Shown: positions 1 through 8,532 of the stretch, piece by piece
Layout: each line of letters opens with the position of its first letter
Position numbering within the stretch: position 1 is the first letter of the stretch
Source: an uncultured Verrucomicrobiota bacterium
GTDB taxonomy: Bacteria > Verrucomicrobiota > Verrucomicrobiia > Limisphaerales > AAA164-E04
Length of the DNA: 64,000 bases
Assembly: GCA_902560705.1 (NCBI GenBank)
Contig: CACEMW010000004.1
Span: 878 to 64,877, forward strand
Reading direction: 5' to 3'
Position numbers and translations under genes: made by a program
The notes under the pieces: generated by a model
Databases searched by the model: none
What the model was told of the DNA's origin: nothing
The model's input: only the letters and a program-made list of their open reading frames with translations

Positions 1-1194
1 ATGAAGGCAAACTGCAATGATGGCAAAAAATATTATATTTGTATTAGTTTTCGGTTTCATTAATTTTCATTTTCAAGGTTCAGGCAAGCCAACACAGATT
101 TTCGCCAGTGAAAGAAATCCAATTTCTTGATGCGACGCAAGGTTGTGTAAAACTTGTAGACAACGTTCAATATTCATCAAGCAGTGGCTGTACCATTTGG
201 AAATTTCACCAGCTGGATGAAGTGAAACATTTGCATATCAATGATGAATTTTTTTGGAGTGAATGCTTCACCTTGTGCTCGAATCATTTACGCAATCAAT
301 ATCCTATACCTAAAGCCATTCAATTGGTTGACTCAAAAAATAAACGAAGAATTGGTCACGGAAGGGGAAGGTAATTATGGGCCAATCTGTTAAAGAATCG
401 ACAATAGCGTGATTGCATATTTATGGTGCTGCCAAGAAGGCCATCCAAAAAGTTGTGGGAAGATCTAAAAGAATTCTTAGATCAGTTTTGTTAAGCTAGT
501 AAGGTTTGGTAATATTAAGGGCCATAACGAAGCAGTATAAAAGTTTAATATGATAATTTTTAAAAATATTATTTTATAAATTGGACGCTAATTTCTTTCT
601 ATTACAATAAAATTTAAATAGAGTTTATCGTTATATGAGGCCCAGATTTCGGAAAGTAATTCCCGACATTTAGCACAATTTAATACAGAAATATTTTTTT
701 TCAGAAGGTAACACAATACCTTGTGGAACTTTGAGCTAGGATTTTAACCTGTTGCCCTAAAAATACGCAAAATGTATATTGTTTGCCTCCTGTGTGTTGT
801 TTTTTTTCCAGCCAGAGTCTACCAAGCTATGCAGTGTCCCATGTTTTTGATAGCTCATTCAGATAAAAAAAAATCAAGAACAACCGAACATGGTCATGGA
901 TTACCTTTCAGTATTTTAAAAGTCTGCCGGCCCAAAACGTTGCAAAGCATGAATTTGCATTTTGTAAAAATTTCGGGCTGTAAGTCCCCTTAACAAACTT
1001 CGCAACATAGAAATCTTATCGATTGTTTTATTCGATATTGGGCATGAATTTATTTCATTGGAAATGATATCCTAATATGTCGATTGGCATTCGAGATGCA
1101 GCAGGAGTAATCAAAGGGATAGCTTCTCGATAGTATCCTATTTTTATTAATACCATTCTTAACCTTGAACTACGAAAATCAGTATACCGAAGAA

Positions 1195-1824
1195 ATGAAA
1201 CCAGTCAAAAATGCTAATCATCAATCTAATTACTTTAAACTTATAAATTGGTTTGGAGTTGTTGCCATCTTAATTGTATCAATTATCGCCATTGGGTGCG
1301 GCCAAAGTCAATCAATCACAACCCCTGTTGGGATCCCTTACGCAAAAGTAGCAGATTTTTTACATACTGTTTTAGAAAATGACAGAACGGTTTATACAAA
1401 AAATGTTGTCAATAGATTAGTTAAACAAGAAAAGGTCATGAAGGCTAGTGAGCATTGGGTTGATGACAAAGCTTTACCATTACCAGCTCAAATGTTCAGA
1501 ATGGGCGCTGAAATGACTGCTGAAAAAACATCAGCATTCAGTTATTCGTTGCAATCATTATGGCCCATTAATAAGTCTAACGCTGCAGGTCAAACGGATG
1601 TAGAAAAGGAAGGACTTAAGTTCGTTGCCGATAACAAAGGAAAAGCACCTTATTACGGCGAAGAGGTTTTAGGTGACCAAAAGTATTTCGTTGGAGTTTA
1701 TGCAGATGTCGCGGTGGCACCTGTCTGTGTTAGTTGTCACAACGATCACAAGGATACACCAAAGAACGACTTTGCACTAGGGGATGTTATGGGAGGTGTT
1801 GTGATTCGAATACCCGTAGACTAA
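1195..1824 (+). CDS. DUF3365/Tll0287-like c-type haem protein (predicted lipoprotein)
   Basis: ORF 1165..1824. The in-frame ATG at 1195 gives a signal peptide ending in lipobox IAIGC. A single CVSCH haem-c motif lies close to the C-terminus (CVSCHNDHKDTPKNDFALGDVMGGVV), a layout I associate with DUF3365 proteins. AT-rich codon usage matches its neighbours. Confidence 0.55.
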   Translation: MKPVKNANHQSNYFKLINWFGVVAILIVSIIAIGCGQSQSITTPVGIPYAKVADFLHTVLENDRTVYTKNVVNRLVKQEKVMKASEHWVDDKALPLPAQMFRMGAEMTAEKTSAFSYSLQSLWPINKSNAAGQTDVEKEGLKFVADNKGKAPYYGEEVLGDQKYFVGVYADVAVAPVCVSCHNDHKDTPKNDFALGDVMGGVVIRIPVD

Positions 1825-1881
1825 TCATTTTGAGATGTAATCAGCATCACATTTCAGATTAATCCCCTGAAACCCTATTAC

Positions 1882-2295
1882 ATGAATGAACACGTAATAA
1901 AGGTGATATGTGTACTGTGCTTAACCATCTTCTCAGGATGCACCAAAACTGAAGAAAATAACCATATTATATCTTCACAAAGCACCGAAAATGAAAGCCC
2001 GACTTTTGATCCAATGGGCTTAACTTTAAATTCAACCAACCTAGTGCGCGGTCGAGACATTTGGATTGCGAATTGCTCAGTTTGTCATCTCGAGGGTTTA
2101 GGTGGAGCGCCAGTAATCGGAAATTCGAAAGCATGGTCTTGGCGTATAGATAAAACAATTGATACCTTGTACGCGCACGCAATCGAAGGTTTCTACGGCG
2201 ATTATGGAGAAATGCCAGCAAGAGGTGGTAATGACAATTTGGACGACTCAGAGGTTAAATCGGCAGTAGATTTTGTCATTTATGCGAGCAAATAA
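1882..2295 (+). CDS. class I monohaem cytochrome c (c5/c555-like), predicted lipoprotein
   Basis: Signal peptide with lipobox FSGC. CSVCHLEGLGGAPVIG followed by YGEMPARGG (Met ligand region), typical of cytochrome c5-type proteins. Confidence 0.7.
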   Translation: MNEHVIKVICVLCLTIFSGCTKTEENNHIISSQSTENESPTFDPMGLTLNSTNLVRGRDIWIANCSVCHLEGLGGAPVIGNSKAWSWRIDKTIDTLYAHAIEGFYGDYGEMPARGGNDNLDDSEVKSAVDFVIYASK

Positions 2296-2324
2296 TAACT
2301 TATTGAAAGTAAGAAAATGAAATT

Positions 2325-2390
2325 ATGAGTTTAACAAACAACAATGTTAAAGCTGACCAGCCAAGTTGGAAAAGCTGCAGTAAATGTTAA
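2325..2390 (+). pseudogene. truncated 5-prime copy of the downstream globin gene (21 codons)
   Basis: MSLTNNNVKADQPSWKSCSKC* aligns with the globin N-terminus MSLTNEEIQAVQSSWEKCVPI. The roughly 35 nt upstream including the RBS region (aagaaaatgaaattATG versus aagaaaataaaattATG) are also near-identical to 3954..3988. Confidence 0.55.
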
Positions 2391-2846
2391 GTGCAATCAT
2401 AATCCATGCTTAGAAAAAATAACGACCTTCCGCGCGAGTAGAAATAGGGCTGCGCAGTTCAAGGTGGCGAGACCCAGCCGCATCCGTGTATGAGGGGAGC
2501 AGAGTTTGTGGTTTCTTCAAACCGTCTCTTTAATAACATACAAAACCGAACCTTTACGAAATTATATTCCCCATCGGCCTCTTAAATCGTCAGATCGTAG
2601 GTCCAGCGCACGGAGTTGTCCTTCATGGATTTCTTCTTTGCCAACAAAAGCTGGCATTAACTCTACGCCGTGCCCTAATTTGACGGAAACTTTTATGGCT
2701 TTCTTATTTGCCATGTATTTTATCATATCCGATTAAAACTTCTGTTTACGTAAAAATGAGGCTACGATAAGAGAGGTATAAGGTCCCTGGTCGCAAATTA
2801 CAAAACATCCCGCTGTGAAATGGTTCTTTGTGATTTAATCTTTCAA

Positions 2847-2884
2847 ACCATGGCATGAGTGGCCAACCATGGCATGAGTGGCCA
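2847..2884. repeat. perfect tandem duplication of a 19-nt unit (accatggcatgagtggcca x2)
   Basis: Read directly from the sequence. Lies in the non-coding, degenerate segment between the globin fragment and the intact globin. Confidence 0.8.
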
Positions 2885-3092
2885 AATGACCCAAGTTACA
2901 GTATTGGTAAAAACTATTTTGAAAAAAAGTCTGAGTTTAGTTTTCGGGTTCTAAGCTTATAGCAAAGCTAACTAATTCTGATCGCAAGTGTTCGCTTATT
3001 TCCGGCGGTTTCCGTTACAATGGAAATTGTGCATTTAGGAAACATTCGTATGGTTCCCTCGAGACTTCTGGTATAAACACAAGTGAAGTATA

Positions 3093-3326
3093 TTAACTTG
3101 CCCAAATTACAAAGCGACTTCGCTCCCTATAACACAACCCATTAACAGAATCTTTCACCTCATCCATTAACGTTTCTATTCGTTTTCCATATTCGATGAA
3201 GTTTAACGCTGCGTCTGTTGGTAACATACCCTTTCCAACTTTTTGGAACTGGACACAACCAAAATCATCTTCCAAATGTCGGATGGAATGACTGGCGAAC
3301 GGTGTAAAGCTATCGTATTGTATACC
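3093..3326 (-). pseudogene. LysR-family regulator remnant (part of the HTH domain plus linker only)
   Basis: The open frame reads ...SFTPFASHSIRHLEDDFGCVQFQKVGKGMLPTDAALNFIEYGKRIETLMDEVKDSV. This matches the LysR pattern S.qIr.LEeelG..LF.R.gr...LT.aG..ll.ya.ril. It lacks the first ~25 aa and the whole effector-binding domain, and is bounded by stops. Confidence 0.45.
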
Positions 3327-3988
3327 TTAGGGAAATAGTTTTAAATCCGGCTATCGATTATTTATGTGGGAATTACCAGAACAAAGTTTATGGAAGCTTT
3401 TGAGGGTTTAACCAACTCGACGATATCCTAGAGCAAAAGGGACACCAACGATTATCTCTATTTACTTACTTTAAGGATGTAGCTAAATAAACAAACTGTA
3501 CAAAACTATTCAAAAATTTAAAACCTTTTTTACAATGCTAACTTGATTTGGTGTCGGATTCTAACAAGTAATATTCCAAAAGGACCTCAACCTTATTTTT
3601 GCGTGGTGCATAAAACATTAGTAATCAATGTGCTAGGTAGGAATCGAAATCATTCACGTTATCAGTTATTTTTTTTCAGGGCTGTAAATTTTCGAAAGTT
3701 GGCATTGGCATCGTCAGTGCTATTTGGAGGTTGTGATTTAAAATATCAAATCATCGCGGGTGTAGATGGAGCACTAGTATTCAGGAATTGGAAAGCATGA
3801 TCTTGCGGTGTTGAGAAAACAACTGATATCTTATGTTTGATCGAGATCGGATTTTTATGCGGCCATCCTCTAGCAATTCCCCCAAAAGCAGGAAATGACA
3901 ATTTTGAGGACGTATAGGTTAGCTCGAAAGTAAATTTTGTCATTTATCTGAACAAATAATCACTTATTAAGAGAAAGAAAATAAAATT

Positions 3989-4453
3989 ATGAGTTTAACA
4001 AACGAAGAAATTCAAGCCGTTCAGTCAAGTTGGGAAAAATGTGTACCGATAGCAGATAAAGCCGCGGAACTCTTTTATGGAAAATTATTTGAATTAGATC
4101 CAAATCTAAAACCCTTATTCAAAGGAGATATGCAAGAACAGGGGAAAAAATTGATGACAATGATAACTGTAGCTGTGAATGGATTAAATGATTTAGAGAA
4201 AATTGTTTCTGCTGTTAAAGCTCTTGGGGTAAGGCATGTTGGATATGGTGTGGAAGATTCTCATTACGACACTGTAGGTAGCGCTTTGATTTGGACATTG
4301 GGGAAAGGTCTTGGAGAAGAATTTACAGACGCACTGAAGGCTGCTTGGATAAAGGTCTATACTCTTTTAGCAACAACAATGAAAGAAGCGGCTGCAGAAT
4401 CCATTGCGGCATCCAAACCTATACCGTGGCAACTCAAAACTTTTACCAAATGA
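3989..4453 (+). CDS. single-domain globin
   Basis: 154 aa. Pattern SW..v......aa.lFY..LFe.dP.lk.lF....m..Q..KLm.......l.dl......l..LG.rHv.YGV...hYd.Vg.aLi.tL is characteristic of bacterial single-domain/sensor-type globins. A good purine-rich stretch precedes the ATG. Confidence 0.8.
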   Translation: MSLTNEEIQAVQSSWEKCVPIADKAAELFYGKLFELDPNLKPLFKGDMQEQGKKLMTMITVAVNGLNDLEKIVSAVKALGVRHVGYGVEDSHYDTVGSALIWTLGKGLGEEFTDALKAAWIKVYTLLATTMKEAAAESIAASKPIPWQLKTFTK

Positions 4454-4644
4454 AACAAACTGCTATGGAATGGGCTGCGGAGTCGGTTCAAAATTAATCA
4501 AAATTTTTCAAAAAACCAGATAACGGTAGAAAAGGATATTTATGCTTTATTTATGATGCTAATGGCCATAAACAATCAAATAATTACTACAAAATTCGGA
4601 AAGGACACTAAGCCTTCGCATTGAATCTTTTTTATGCTATCCAA

Positions 4645-6621
4645 ATGAGCATAAGTAATTCACCCCGAGATAAAGAGCCGATAGTTATTGTAGGTGGAGG
4701 AATGGCCGCCCATCGGTTATGCACTTCTTTATCTAACTCCGGATATAACACTGCTAATTTAGAAATATATTCCGAAGAAGGAATTTTACCCTACGATAGG
4801 GCTAATCTTTCCAAATGTTTCAGAAGTGAAAATTCTACTCCAACTCCTCTTAACCAAGATGCCTGGTACAAAAAGAACAAAATTAAAATACAACTCCAAA
4901 GTAAGGTCTCCTTAATAGTCCCGGACCAGAAACTGCTCAATTTTGCATGCGGTTTAAAAAAAAGTTACTCGAAGCTAATTTTAGCTCTTGGTTCTGAACC
5001 TTCGACTCAGTTAATCTCCGGAGCTGCATTAGAAAATGTTTTCACATACCGCACATGGGCTGACCTAAAAAGAATAAGAATTGCATGTAAACTAGCAAAG
5101 GAAGTTGCAATCATTGGCGGAGGTTTACTAGGCCTAGAAGCTGCCGGTGCGATTCACAGCAGGAGTCGTAATGTGACAGTATTTGAAATGGCTAACACGC
5201 CTTTGTGCCGTAATCTTAATGAAGAGTCGGGATTTGCCTTATTGAAATACCTTGAATCCAGCGGGATTAAAGTAATTCTTAAATCACAATTAAAAAATAT
5301 CCACCAAGCCGAAGGTTACTTAAATTTAGTTTTCAATAATAATAAAAAATTTAGAGCTAATGTTGTCGTCTTAGCAACAGGTCATAGACCAGCAGGTCAA
5401 TTAGCAAAATTAAGTGGTATCGAGGTTTCCCCTAACGGTGGTATCTTAGTAGATCAACACCTTCAAACAAGTCAAAAAGATATTTTTGCAATAGGTGATT
5501 GTATTTCCCTGAAACATAGAAGTTTTGGTTTTGTTCAACCGGCTTATCACCAAGCCGATATATTGGCCTCAAATCTGTGCGGGTCTACCGAAAAATATGA
5601 ACCAAAAGGTAAGAATATAACGCTCAATCTGTCCGGAGTTGATATTTCCATTTACGGAGACAATCTTGGTAATGCTGACCATTTAACTTATAAGAATGGT
5701 TCGACGTTTCGCTCCTTGGTTGTTCAACGGGGAATTTTAATTGGATCTACAATTATTGGAAATTGGACAAATTCAACTGCCTTAAGATTTGCTGTTGATG
5801 AAAATGTTAAAATTCCAAACCGTCAAAAAAAGGTTTTTAGCACTACTGGTGAACTAAAAGTGTTGGATGATTTCGGGGAAGCGGCCACTTGGTCAAACGA
5901 TTCTATTATATGCAATTGTTGTCATATCGATTGCGGGACCGTTAGGGAGGAAATTAAACAAGGACGCGACAACCTTCAAAAGATTAAGCACTCCTCAGGT
6001 GCAGGGAGCAAATGTGGATCGTGTAGATTACAACTGTTAGGTTTGATTCACGCTGATTTAGATAATAATGAAAAAGCAGAAAATAGCATTTTCGCTTCGG
6101 GAAAAACTTTTAAATACTTGGCATTTTGTGCTTTGATTCTGTGTGTCTTGTATTGGATCCCTTGGCAAATAAGCGCGCCTCACACTGTTGATTCCTTGAA
6201 ATTTCAGTTTTCAAAATTGTGGACCGACTCTGTAATTAAACAGATTACCGGCTTTACAGTAGCTGGCATATCGTTTTTCTCACTTCTCTATTCCCTGAGG
6301 AAAAGGCTTAACTGGTTGCGAATCGGTAAATTAGCTATATGGAAAACATTTCATGTTTTATCCGGTTTTTTAGCTATTATTGTTCTTTTCTTCCACACAG
6401 GATTATCATGGGGATACAACTTAAATTTTTTATTAGCCACAAACTTTTTGGCACTTAACACACTAGGTGCATTGGCAGCTGTTAATTATAGCACAAAACT
6501 TGATAATTCTTCTTTCGCTCAAAATCGAATTAGACATTGGCTTATTCGATCACATATTTTATTTTTTTGGCCCTACCCCGTTTTGCTTTTTATTCATTTA
6601 TACTCAGTGTATCAATATTAA
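4645..6621 (+). CDS. NirB/NAD(P)H-nitrite-reductase-like FAD-dependent pyridine nucleotide-disulphide oxidoreductase fused to a BFD-like [2Fe-2S] module and a C-terminal His-rich 5-TM domain
   Basis: IVIVGGGMAAHRL and VAIIGGGLLGLEAAG dinucleotide-binding motifs, plus AIGDC. The BFD-like Cys pattern CNCCH..CG...(31)...GSKCGSC lies at 5911..6024. After that, 6109..6618 encodes about five hydrophobic helices carrying His residues (FHVLSGFLAIIVLFFHTG, IRHWLIRSHILFFWPYPVLLFIHLY). Start chosen at the first in-frame ATG of ORF 4621..6621. Confidence 0.7.
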   Translation: MSISNSPRDKEPIVIVGGGMAAHRLCTSLSNSGYNTANLEIYSEEGILPYDRANLSKCFRSENSTPTPLNQDAWYKKNKIKIQLQSKVSLIVPDQKLLNFACGLKKSYSKLILALGSEPSTQLISGAALENVFTYRTWADLKRIRIACKLAKEVAIIGGGLLGLEAAGAIHSRSRNVTVFEMANTPLCRNLNEESGFALLKYLESSGIKVILKSQLKNIHQAEGYLNLVFNNNKKFRANVVVLATGHRPAGQLAKLSGIEVSPNGGILVDQHLQTSQKDIFAIGDCISLKHRSFGFVQPAYHQADILASNLCGSTEKYEPKGKNITLNLSGVDISIYGDNLGNADHLTYKNGSTFRSLVVQRGILIGSTIIGNWTNSTALRFAVDENVKIPNRQKKVFSTTGELKVLDDFGEAATWSNDSIICNCCHIDCGTVREEIKQGRDNLQKIKHSSGAGSKCGSCRLQLLGLIHADLDNNEKAENSIFASGKTFKYLAFCALILCVLYWIPWQISAPHTVDSLKFQFSKLWTDSVIKQITGFTVAGISFFSLLYSLRKRLNWLRIGKLAIWKTFHVLSGFLAIIVLFFHTGLSWGYNLNFLLATNFLALNTLGALAAVNYSTKLDNSSFAQNRIRHWLIRSHILFFWPYPVLLFIHLYSVYQY

Positions 6622-7973
6622 TGTATGTCTTAAGCTCTTATTTTTCATCGATATTTCTTGGGACTATATTTCTAGTTTGTACTATCGGAGGTTTGTTTTT
6701 TTTAAAACACAACCAGCAGCTTCTTACCCCTGGGCCTATGACTCATGGGCACCACCAAATAGAACTTCAGTGCGATTCCTGCCACGGAGAGTCGGAAGAA
6801 ACCATGCAACAGGCTTGTTTGGATTGTCACGAAAATGAGCTTAAACGGGTTGATGATTCGCACCCTATAGTTAAATTCCTGGATCCACGTAATGCGGACC
6901 GGTTGGAGAAAATTGATGCGCGGAAATGTGTTAGCTGCCATCGTGAGCATCAACCCGAAAATACTAATGACATGGGACTTACATTACCCAACGACTATTG
7001 CTCTTTTTGTCATCAGGAAATAGCAGAAGACCGGCCAACTCATGTAGGGCTAGGATTCGAAACATGTGCGACAGCAGGATGTCACAATTATCACGATAAC
7101 TCTTCACTATACGAATCATTCTTAACATCACATTTAAATGAGCCAGATTTTAAAGCGAACGGTAAGGTTCCAGAGCGTGATAGCACAGAGAACAATAGCA
7201 TAGATTCGACTATCCAACTCACACAAATTGAAGCTAATATGCCTTCAAATGTGCCAGTGACTCGAGAATTGTTAAATGAGTGGCAAAATTCCATACATGC
7301 AGAAAAATTGATCAATTGTAGACATTGCCATAGCTCCGTTGACGATGAAGTGGAGAGCGCACACTGGGATAATCAAGTTTCCATTGATACTTGTGCACAG
7401 TGTCACGAATATGAGTCACAGGGTTTTAAGGAAGGAAAACATGGAATGCGACTAGCTCTAGGTCTAAGCCATATGAAACCCAAGTTGGCCAGGTTAGCTA
7501 TGAAAACTGAATCGCACCATGAAGATTTAAATTGCACATCCTGCCATTCAAGCCACCGATTCGAAACTAAAAGAGCAGCAGTTGATGCATGTTTAAAATG
7601 CCATAACGATGAACATTCTAATTCATATTTGAACTCGCCCCATTATTCTACGTGGTTGAATGAATTAAGGGGAATCGAATCAAGTGGCACTGGAGTAAGT
7701 TGTGCGACATGCCATATGCCTCGAGTAAAAGTAACCCAATTCGGGGAAACTTCAATTAAAGTTGATCACAACCAAAACAATACATTAAGACCAAACGAGA
7801 AAATGATTCGCAGCGTTTGCCTTAATTGCCACGGACTACAGTTCTCGATAAATTCCCTGGCAGACGAATCACTTATAAGGCTTAATTTTAGTGGCCAATC
7901 GAATTTGCACATAAAAAGCTTAGATATGGTAGCTCAGGAGCTTCTAAGAACTCAAGAGCACTCTGATAAATAA
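6621..7973 (+). CDS. membrane-anchored multihaem cytochrome c (10 CXXCH + 1 CX4CH)
   Basis: The ATG at 6621 overlaps the upstream stop (TAATG) and gives an N-terminal TM helix (IFLGTIFLVCTIGGLFFL). Haem motifs are CDSCH, CLDCH, CVSCH, CSFCH, CATAGCH, CRHCH, CAQCH, CTSCH, CLKCH, CATCH and CLNCH. Confidence 0.8.
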   Translation: MYVLSSYFSSIFLGTIFLVCTIGGLFFLKHNQQLLTPGPMTHGHHQIELQCDSCHGESEETMQQACLDCHENELKRVDDSHPIVKFLDPRNADRLEKIDARKCVSCHREHQPENTNDMGLTLPNDYCSFCHQEIAEDRPTHVGLGFETCATAGCHNYHDNSSLYESFLTSHLNEPDFKANGKVPERDSTENNSIDSTIQLTQIEANMPSNVPVTRELLNEWQNSIHAEKLINCRHCHSSVDDEVESAHWDNQVSIDTCAQCHEYESQGFKEGKHGMRLALGLSHMKPKLARLAMKTESHHEDLNCTSCHSSHRFETKRAAVDACLKCHNDEHSNSYLNSPHYSTWLNELRGIESSGTGVSCATCHMPRVKVTQFGETSIKVDHNQNNTLRPNEKMIRSVCLNCHGLQFSINSLADESLIRLNFSGQSNLHIKSLDMVAQELLRTQEHSDK

Positions 7974-8049
7974 TATTTAATTTTCCGTTAAGTTTCTGTG
8001 CTTGTCCCTATTAAAGCTCTCGAGATTCTACAAAGTATCATCAAACCCA

Positions 8050-8119
8050 CCCCACCTCTACTTTTTGCTGAATTTTTCCATTAATTCAAAGTTCTCATTT
8101 TAATTAATGGAATAGGCGC
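8050..8119. repeat. 70-nt repeat copy 1 with an 11-bp perfect hairpin (8076..8112)
   Basis: ccccacctctactttttgctgaatttttccattaattcaaagttctcattttaattaatggaataggcgc aligns with 11267..11336 at roughly three quarters identity by eye. The stem is ttccattaatt/aattaatggaa and the loop is caaagttctcatttt. Confidence 0.65.
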
Positions 8120-8532
8120 TAGGAAGACGATCGTTTTGGTTACAACTAAGTGACACGACGCGGCAGGAATACAGAATGCTCGAAAGTATCACTACTCAGG
8201 GGCGTTTTTTGGGGCAGAATTCACCAGCTTTCCTCGTGTTACCTCAGGTAGTGCCAGCAACTTATTGTTTCGAGGGTTGGATACAACTGACACTAAGACT
8301 CCGCTGGACTTGGTTCGTCTGGTAGGGCGCCCCACTTGCTCTGGTTAAGCTGGTGGTTTTTTTGTGGCGGAATTCGGTGTTCTATGGTCATAATCTGATA
8401 TGTCCAAAGCCTGCGACATTTGTAAGCAGGTGATAAAAATGAACCAAGGATTTTGGCTGATGATGGCCATTATCTACATCAACGAAGTTACCAGCGGCCA
8501 CACTTTGGCAATTGAGCCCGCCATCGGTGACT

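Noticed and set aside
108-993. ORFs 108..374 (88 aa, GTG start) and 772..993 (73 aa)
   Set aside because: They have no recognisable motifs, no convincing RBS and odd composition. A 36-codon signal-peptide-like ORF at 17..127 in another frame hints at decayed sequence, so this is not enough to call genes.
2424-2505. Locally GC-rich patch (…gtagaaatagggctgcgcagttcaaggtggcgagacccagccgc…), considered as a possible tRNA fragment, orphan CRISPR repeat or intron domain
   Set aside because: No cloverleaf or T-arm can be folded, there is only one copy (no array), and there is no domain V-like hairpin. It is left as unexplained debris inside the degenerate segment.
2562-2714. 50-codon minus-strand ORF (MANKKAIKVSVKLGHGVELMPAFVGKEEIHEGQLRALDLRSDDLRGRWGI)
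   Set aside because: It looks protein-like, but I cannot place it in a family. It sits in a decayed region and may be another gene fragment.
8130-8400. Possible structured RNA downstream of the GH63 gene (GGGGCG at about 8200 and CGCCCC at about 8328 could close a ~130-nt domain)
   Set aside because: It lacks the SRP domain IV motifs, tmRNA ends and RNase P features, and I could build no convincing helices by hand. It would need a covariance-model scan.
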